Shown here one piece after another: positions 56,545 through 64,000 of a stretch of DNA of 64,000 nucleotides (position 1 is its first letter; every line of letters starts with the position of its first letter). Origin of the DNA: Tubiluchus corallicola (Eukaryota; Animalia; Priapulida); NCBI GenBank assembly GCA_030141605.1, contig JAQGDQ010000005.1:1978184-2042183 (forward strand), given 5' to 3'. Both the position numbers and the translations under genes were made by a program. The notes beneath the pieces were generated by a model. The model searched no databases. It had not been told where the DNA came from and was given only the letters and a program-made list of their open reading frames with translations.

Positions 56545-57890
56545 CTATAAATGCTTAGGGGTCGAATTCTTTGCGTCTGGTGCTTTCAGGCAAAGCTGCA
56601 CCAAACTAAAAGACAAATGCCTAAAAGATTTTTACTGCATGAAAAACTACATCTCAAATTGTGCAAACCCACATACTATTATCAAATTACTTGAACATAC
56701 TGTAGAACCTATCATGCTATATGACTCTTGTGTATGAGGACCTAGCATTATTAAAATGAAAACCAATTCTCCGCATATTCAAACTAAATTTGACAGTGCG
56801 CTTAGCGAAGAGGTCAATATTAAATTATGCAGATTTCTTTTGAATGTCAATAACAAATAGAGCAAATTGGCGATTATGGCAGAACTGGGACGTTTCCCCA
56901 TTTTTATTAAAATAATTAAGGATACAATCCGCTACTAGATACATGTTATTAGTCAACCTTATTAGTTATTATAGTTATGTATACCAAGCTTATAACGAAA
57001 ATCGAGACTTAGCTGAGAACTGCTATTGTTGGACTGCTTTTGTTAAGTATATATTATGTGTATACGGCTTTGAACATGTTTGGAATAACCAGACAACGTT
57101 TTCACCTAAGCGACTACTTAATAAATTAGAAGAAAAAATAAAAACTGATTATACTCTATTTTGGAAAGGAGAAATCCATAATGATGACAAACCTGATGGA
57201 CAAAACAAACTGCGAACGTACCAAACCTTCAAAAAACAATATCAACTAGAAAACTTTCCTTTTTGGTTATTCGAAATATGCTATAACAAAATTTACAGAA
57301 CTGAGAATCAGCTCTCATACTTTATGTATTGAAAGAAAAAGGTACGTTAAACCTAGAAAAATCCCAGCTGAGAATCGTATATACTCATACAGTTTAAGCA
57401 ATGAAATCGAAGACGAATTACACTTTGTTATAAAATGCCCGTATTACAATGATCTTAGAGAAAAATTATATAATCGCATCAATGTAATTGTACTAGAATT
57501 TTTGCTTATGAGCGATGCTGATAAATTTTTATTCTTGATGGGAAGTAATGATTTAGAAGTAATTAAGGCAATTATTGATTATGTTCAAAAAGGGTTTTAT
57601 AAGACATGATGAACGACGTACTATGTAATGATCATATCATTGAAAATGATCCCTTATGAATGGCTATTTTAAATACTAATCATTAAATAACTAATATAAC
57701 TAACAGGAAGACTTAATAATATTTGTTTTATTAGCAATTGTTTTGTTTGTATACAGTGTCATTATATTTCAAAATTGAAATTGTATATATATGTCTTGTT
57801 TTTTTGTTCTTGTATATTTCAAAATTTAAATTGTATGTATGCCTGTTTTTTCTTGTATTGTATGTATTTTTGACACTAATAAATAAATAT
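56545..57890 (+). mobile_element. L2/Daphne-type LINE 3' portion with 3'UTR
   Basis: It reads VEPIMLYDSCV*G, LCRFLLNV..LAIMAELGRFPI, NKLRTYQTFK, LRISSHTLCIERKRY..IPAENRI and IEDELHFVIKCPYYNDLR, with stops and frameshifts. An AATAAA-rich end lies near 57880. Confidence 0.8.
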
Positions 57891-58753
57891 CTAAATTTAT
57901 ATGTTACTTGAGACCAAAATGAAACACGAATTATTCATTTGCAAGAAAATTTGCCACTTGGATTGTTACCATATCTTGTGTATTGGGTGCAATATAGAAA
58001 CAAATTATAACTTTTGAGTTCTAACAACATATTTTAGGTGAAAACATTTACTCATTTATGTGATCTGGATGTTTAAAAGCCGCAAGCAAATAGTCTAATA
58101 CGTCTAAGCGATAACACGGTGCGATTATGAACATGACACCCTTGTAGAAGTACCGCTTTAACACATCAACCTATGAACAGTTGTTAATCTTGTCATCGAT
58201 ACCATTTTTTGGCCAAATTTAAGGTGAGTTTAATTACAGGTAAAAGGCACTAACTTTTAGCACGACAAACTGGCTTACTTAATGCCATCAAAAGTACAGT
58301 AGGTTTGTATTAAAAGTGTAGTTTAGAAAACTGCTTGGCGTTGCAAAAACGTGCAATGCCCTTTTTTACCGTCGTCTGACTCCTTATTTCCGTTACACGG
58401 CACCCCTATGCACATCTTTTTAATCAAACGCGCCCTATAACAAAATACTGACGCCTGAAATTTCGACAGTAGCAGGTTTTAGCTGTCACTCATTTCCCTT
58501 TATTTTTCTGCGTTTAGCAAGTTATGCATCAAATAGTAGTTCAAATAGTTTTCTTTTCTTGGTAGCAGGTCGATTATTCTTTTAAACGTTGGACTAATTT
58601 TCGTCTTTCTTAACTCTCATAAGGTCAACAATGTGTGGACGTTTTGCTGGCGTGGTATCATACCATTAGTCTTCAGGCCATTTTTACTGTTGTGCAATAT
58701 CATACTGGTACTTGATTTTTACTTCATATCTTTCTTATTTTGATCTTTACAAA

Positions 58754-60037
58754 ATGTGCTGCTGTGGATTTTGTTGTCATAGAAGAGGTGACATTTGGGG
58801 CGACGGAGAAAAGGCGAGCAAAGAATATCTTCTTGTAATGGCCTTTGTTGGCATATTTATTATGTGTAGTGGAATTATCTTCACTGTCAGTGGGTACTAC
58901 GCAGACTTCTGGCCAGATGACAAAGATATGATACCATACTCTTATGACGAGCATCACATTATCCCTTGGGATGAAGATCATATTATGAATAAAATGTTTC
59001 GTACGGCTGGGTACACCATGGTCGGTAGGTGCATAGTTATAATAATAACTACTGTGAATCAGTTAGCACAAACAATGATTATCGTAATTGTCTAACATAT
59101 ACACATATAAATTATATGTATGTTATAAACATACCAATAATAGTCATGTATATGATTTCCGAAATTCCTTATCTAAAGCTTCAGTGGTTTCACAATTTTT
59201 GACGAATTCATAAATCGGACGAAAGTATTGATCTGCTTTTATTACTTTTCGAATCAGGGCTCATTCTAGGCATTTTTATTTGAATTTTTTCGTAAAGGTC
59301 ATACTAGGCCTACTTGTTTTGGAAAAAACTAATGCCAGTGATGGCTTACCCGCAGAATGGCCCGCTTCTAGACTGATTATGGACCTATTTAGAATTTTCG
59401 ATTTCGTGGGTAATCCACTGTTTCTCGCAGTCGGCATTTTAATATTCACTTGACTTTAATTTTTGGAAAGTTTGCCTAACACTACAAAAAAATTCTCGTA
59501 CCGTTTCTTACAAGTCTTGGGAGGGAGGGTTCAGCAACTTTTTCAAAGGAGAGAATACTGGGTTACAAGATATCTATGTTTTTTAAACAATTTCACCAGA
59601 GCACAAAGCGATAGTTTTGTTCCAACTTCGATTTCGGGGTTTCGCCGCTTAGAAAATTATACGATACGGTAATTGTTGCGATCATATGTATTACTGATAT
59701 TGTTATTCAAAGATCCTTGGTTCAAATCTAGACTCAGCCCCGAACTTGTCGCACTTTCTGGTTTCAAAAATTCAATAATTATCATTCATTAAATCTTATG
59801 TCTTGTGCCTTCAGCTGATAGATTAATCAGATCTTTTGCAATGCATTTATTTTTTTCCCAGGTGTAGGATGTCTAGTGGTGTTTGTGGCTTGCATGTTTT
59901 ATTGGTGCATTGTTACTGGTTACCTTGATGTCAGTACGGCTCCACGATCTACATATAACGGTTGGAATAGTACCTCTACTTTAGCACGATGTGATGAGTT
60001 TAATGAATCTAGATCATCATACCACGGTGAAGTGTGA
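58754..60037 (+). CDS. Cys-rich N-terminus two-TM protein, paralog A (148 aa; neurensin/TMEM74-like); exons 58754-59024, 59862-60037
   Basis: The product is MCCCGFCCHRRGDIWGDGEKASKEYLLVMAFVGIFIMCSGIIFTVSGYY...NKMFRTAGYTMV|GVGCLVVFVACMFYWCIVTGYLDVST...EV*. It has a phase-1 GT-AG intron and is conserved with paralog B, with many synonymous changes. Confidence 0.85.
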
Positions 60038-60917
60038 AAACCTGTTAAAGCGTTTTCCTGTAACTTTAATAAATTTCTTATATGCACCGCTACAATTTTG
60101 TTGTTGTAATTGTTAGAGTAGTTAGAGATTTTAATCACTTGCGTAATACCTAAAATAGTTAAAAAAATCCGTGACAAAATAAGGAACTGTCACTTTGAAC
60201 AGACTGCAACGATATTATAATGTAGCTGAAACATACTTGACTACATTTGCTACCAAATTTTATGAATTTGCACATCTTGTTTGTAATAAGACCTGAACAG
60301 GCCTTACTCCTTAACTCGATCCCTGCGCAGTTTAGCGTGCAATGATATTGTTGATATTATTCACTATATTAATTCTTTCGTATCCTCCATATATTGTAAT
60401 TAGTAACCATATATCAGCAAGGCAGTAACCATATATACATATTTTCTAAATTAGGTTAAAATAATTCGGTTATTATAGTTCTTTTCCTGAAACTTTTAAC
60501 AATGTGTAATCTCGCTATATCATCTTTAACTGGTATGTGTTACACACAATATACATGTTTATAAAAATGATCCTGAAATTTAAAAAAATAAAGCCTAACA
60601 ACAAAATACTGACACCTCAATCTACGTTAGTAGGTCTCCTTATATTTTTCCCGATACAATATGGTTTTCTCTGGGTTTAGCAGGTTCTGTAGTAGTAACA
60701 GAGTTCCTTGTTTGTAATACAAATTTATTATATTTATTTCACATATCATATATATGCCGGACTGTTTGTTCTTAGCCCAATTGTCAATTCTTATAAGGTC
60801 ACAATGTATTGCTGTGATGTTAAATAACGGCAGGAAATTAGCTCTCACCTCATAGTTAAAGTTTGTACATTAACGTCCTACTAGATGGTTCAGAAAAGCT
60901 GACATAAATATTACAAA

Positions 60918-62609
60918 ATGTGCTGCTGTGGATTTTGTCGTCATAGAAGAGGAGACGTTTGGGGAGATGGAGAAAAAGCGAGCAAAGAGTACCTGCTTGT
61001 GTTGGCCTTTGTTGGCATATTCATCATGAGCACTGGAATTATATTTACTGTCAGTGGATTTTATGCAGACTTTTGGCCTGATTTTGACTTGTATCCCTAC
61101 TCCAATGAAGAGGATCACATTATAAATAAAATGTTTCGCACAAGTGGATACACAATGATCGGTAGGTTTAGTTTATAATTTACAAAATCGACCGTGTTTA
61201 ATGTTTTTCTAAACAGGGTGTCTCATAATTTACTATACACTTTTCATTTTCTATATTTTTTAAACAAACACGGCAAAATGTTTGAAAATTGGTACACATG
61301 AACTTAAATTGAGTAATTCTTTCATCCAAATTAGACAAAAATCTGGAAAGAACTAGTGCAGTAGAAGGCTTTGCTATTTTCACTGCCTTCTTCAGGGACC
61401 TCAAGAGCTTTAAAGACCAGACCAATGGCAAGTCCGGCATCTTGCGTTGAGAAAGTCTCCCACAGCTTATAAGTGGTGAGGAAGGGCTACACCTTGTTGG
61501 AAAAGTTCATTGATAATAATGAGAAAAAAGTGTGGTTCATATGGTGCCCTGCAATTTCACTAAACTTCAGTTGGTGATCGAAGAACCCATACTAAGTTGA
61601 TTCTGCACCTCTTTTCTAACATTACTGTAGCCGCCATAGCAACGGGGTTCCAGTTAAACAATAAATAAAAAGAACTGCCGAAGGCCTCTTTTGATTTATG
61701 TAAGAGCTTGTCGAGATTGGAAAAAAACTTGGAAATTAAAGTGCATAATGACTTTTGATACACCTTCTGCATTTCGTGTTTGTGTTTACACAATTTTGTA
61801 CTGCAGGCTGTTGATTTTACAAACCGATGCAATTTACTACAATTACTTTCTACCTAGCACTCAACATCTCTATTTTAATAGCAGCTCCATGTATTCTGCA
61901 ATTTTTTAAAATATTCTTAAGTTATATAGGGGTGGTTGACTCTATGACCACTTAATTAGTCTTTCGCCACCTCATCTCTACTCACTTTACTTAATCTATT
62001 GTAAGTCTGTAACCGCCTTAAAGTACTTTATATTGGAGATAAATAAACTTTTGAAAAGAAATGAAGAAATAATGCGAAAAATTAAAGTTTTTATCAAAAC
62101 CTATGAATTACCTTTTTATTTCGATACCCTGTTTCTTATCTTTTAACTAGCATCGCAGTACAAATTGGCTACTAATTCTAATTTCATTTGTTACTGACAC
62201 GTTTAGATATCTGAATTATTAACTTTTGGCATAGATTCGAATTACACACTTTTCACCACTCAAGCGAATTGTAAAGAGAAAGAAAGAGAGATACATATAA
62301 CAATAGAGATAGACACAGAAGCAGAGATAGAGGCAGAGACAGAGATAAAGATCGATATAGGACTTCATAAGAGAGACTGAAAGTCTTTTTGCTAGTACAG
62401 TAGTAGGTGGTATATGTTTGTTTTTTTTCTCAGGTGTAGGATGCTTGATAGTGTTTGTGGCTTGCATGTTCTATGGGTGCATTATTACTGGCTACCTTGA
62501 CGTTAGTACGACTCCACGATGCACGTATACGGGATGGAATAGCACCTCGACTTTATCACGATTTGACGAAGTTAATGAATTCAAATCTTCTCGTCACAAC
62601 AAAGTGTGA
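60918..62609 (+). CDS. Cys-rich N-terminus two-TM protein, paralog B (139 aa); exons 60918-61161, 62434-62609
   Basis: The product is MCCCGFCRHRRGDVWGDGEKASKEY...GYTMI|GVGCLIVFVACMFYGCIITGYLDVST...KV*. Its exon structure is identical to paralog A (both second exons have 176 coding nt). Confidence 0.85.
61214..62131 (-). mobile_element. Decayed Tc1/mariner-superfamily element in the intron of paralog B
   Basis: It has imperfect termini CAGGGTGTCTCATAA / TTATTTCGATACCCTG. The minus strand reads FQQGVALPHHL*AVGDFLNA and PDLPLVWSLKLL..LKKAV, resembling the FQQDGAPPH and SPDL..LKxxV motifs. Confidence 0.55.
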
Positions 62610-63269
62610 GCTAACCAGTAAAATAAGACAGCGTTTGAACCCCTAATAAAGTTCTCCATCAGGGGTTTGTTGTCTTTGGTTAAGGCAGCGAATACAAGAA
62701 ATTTTAGCTTCGACCAGTGTACACGAAAATTTATAAATCATCAGGCGACTTTAAAATAAAAACATTTGTTTGCGACAACTGTTGATGGTAAGAGAAAGCT
62801 TTTAATGCAGCAGTCTCTGGTATCCTATATTAATACCAATAGAGGACTTTTTTATCTTCCTAATCGCTTTAGTGCAAGCCAAATGTTTGTGGCTACAATG
62901 TACTCTAGTTTTTTCTGCATACGTAGAAAAGCTGTATTTAGTCTCAAAAGTAGACTGTTTTTAAGTCAGAATACTGTTATTAATAACTTGCTGTAGAATA
63001 CTGACACAATTTTTAGAACGAACATTTTTAATTAAATCATAGCAAATAATTTTATATACCCGTTCTAAGTAACACTTTCTTGTATAAAAACTCACTATGT
63101 TTCAGTAAACTAACTTTGTGCGTTTTTACTTGTTCCTTATTTTTATTTTTGTTTTATATACTTTAAATTTACGGGAAAGAAATTAGTATTTTTAAACGCT
63201 TAGCTGTTCGTTGTTTTATGTCATATCTTGTGCCATTCCAAAACTGACTTATTCACTGAAGCATTGAAG

Positions 63270-63559
63270 ATGCGTATTAAAGATCACGACTAACTTAGAA
63301 GGCAGCACACAAGGGAAAGCATTGTTATCAATAATTTCAATGATTTTATTATCTATCGATTTTTTTTGCTAGCTACAATGTAGAAAACTGCTCTCCAGTC
63401 TACTGTGCCATCAAGTCAGTATTCAGTAAATGTAATCGTCGTCTCTTTTGTAGCCATTTGTGATCTCTTCTACAAATCAATTTCACAGTATTTATGATTT
63501 AAAATCCAGAGTTTTTCAAGATTTTGTATAAGATTTTGTAATTTTTACTATTTGATGAT

Positions 63560-63597
<38 letters not shown>

Positions 63598-63979
63598 ATC
63601 ATCAAATGTAAAGTACAAAATCTTATACAAAATCTTGAAAAATTTCATGTCACTGAGTATGGATTTTAAATAAATAAATACTGTGAAATTGATTTGTAAA
63701 AGGATCACAAATGGCGGCCTACAAAAGGATGACGATTGTTCTTATCTTAATTTTATTCTTACTTTGAATACTGACTTGATGGCACGGTGTCAATAAGACA
63801 AGGAGGCAGTTTTCCTGCATTTACGGATAATCAGTAGTAACTGTAGCCAAAGGAATCTGATGGAATAATAAAATCGTGATCAGCGTAAATCCCTTGGTAG
63901 TTTCTTGAAATTATTGATAACAGTGCCTCTCCCTTGTGTGCTGCCTTCACAAGTTAGTCGTGATCTTTCTTCTGCGCAT
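63270..63979. repeat. About 700-bp imperfect palindrome centred on (TA)n at 63562-63595
   Basis: Multiple blocks mirror across the centre, e.g. aaggcagcacacaaggg/cccttgtgtgctgcctt, gtgccatcaagtcagtattca/tgaatactgacttgatggcac and tttgatgattga/tcaatcatcaaa. Confidence 0.9.
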
Positions 63980-64000
63980 GTACCGGACATTCGGGCAGAT

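Overview
This is AT-rich, intron-rich eukaryotic (invertebrate animal) genomic DNA. I reconstructed exons by hand using GT-AG boundaries and phase. Four conserved housekeeping genes are present: RRP7A (-), apparently without its N-terminal RRM-like domain, INTS15/C7orf26 (-), ECSIT (-) and TOMM22 (+), with ECSIT and TOMM22 head-to-head. Between RRP7A and INTS15 lies a coding-intronless 956-aa secreted modular serine protease (signal peptide, 14 Notch-type EGF, CCP, trypsin domain). The distal third holds three paralogous small two-TM proteins resembling neurensin/TMEM74, two of them in tandem with an N-terminal MCCCGFC cluster, and a discoidin-like reading frame broken by three clustered in-frame stops. 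Transposon debris includes a pogo MITE, Tc1/mariner remnants, a TTAA-flanked long-TIR element, tandem Helitron-like units, BEL/Pao, RTE and CR1/L2 LINE remnants and a tRNA-Thr-containing dispersed repeat. A 700-bp foldback and microsatellites are also present. All family assignments come from remembered motifs, not database searches.
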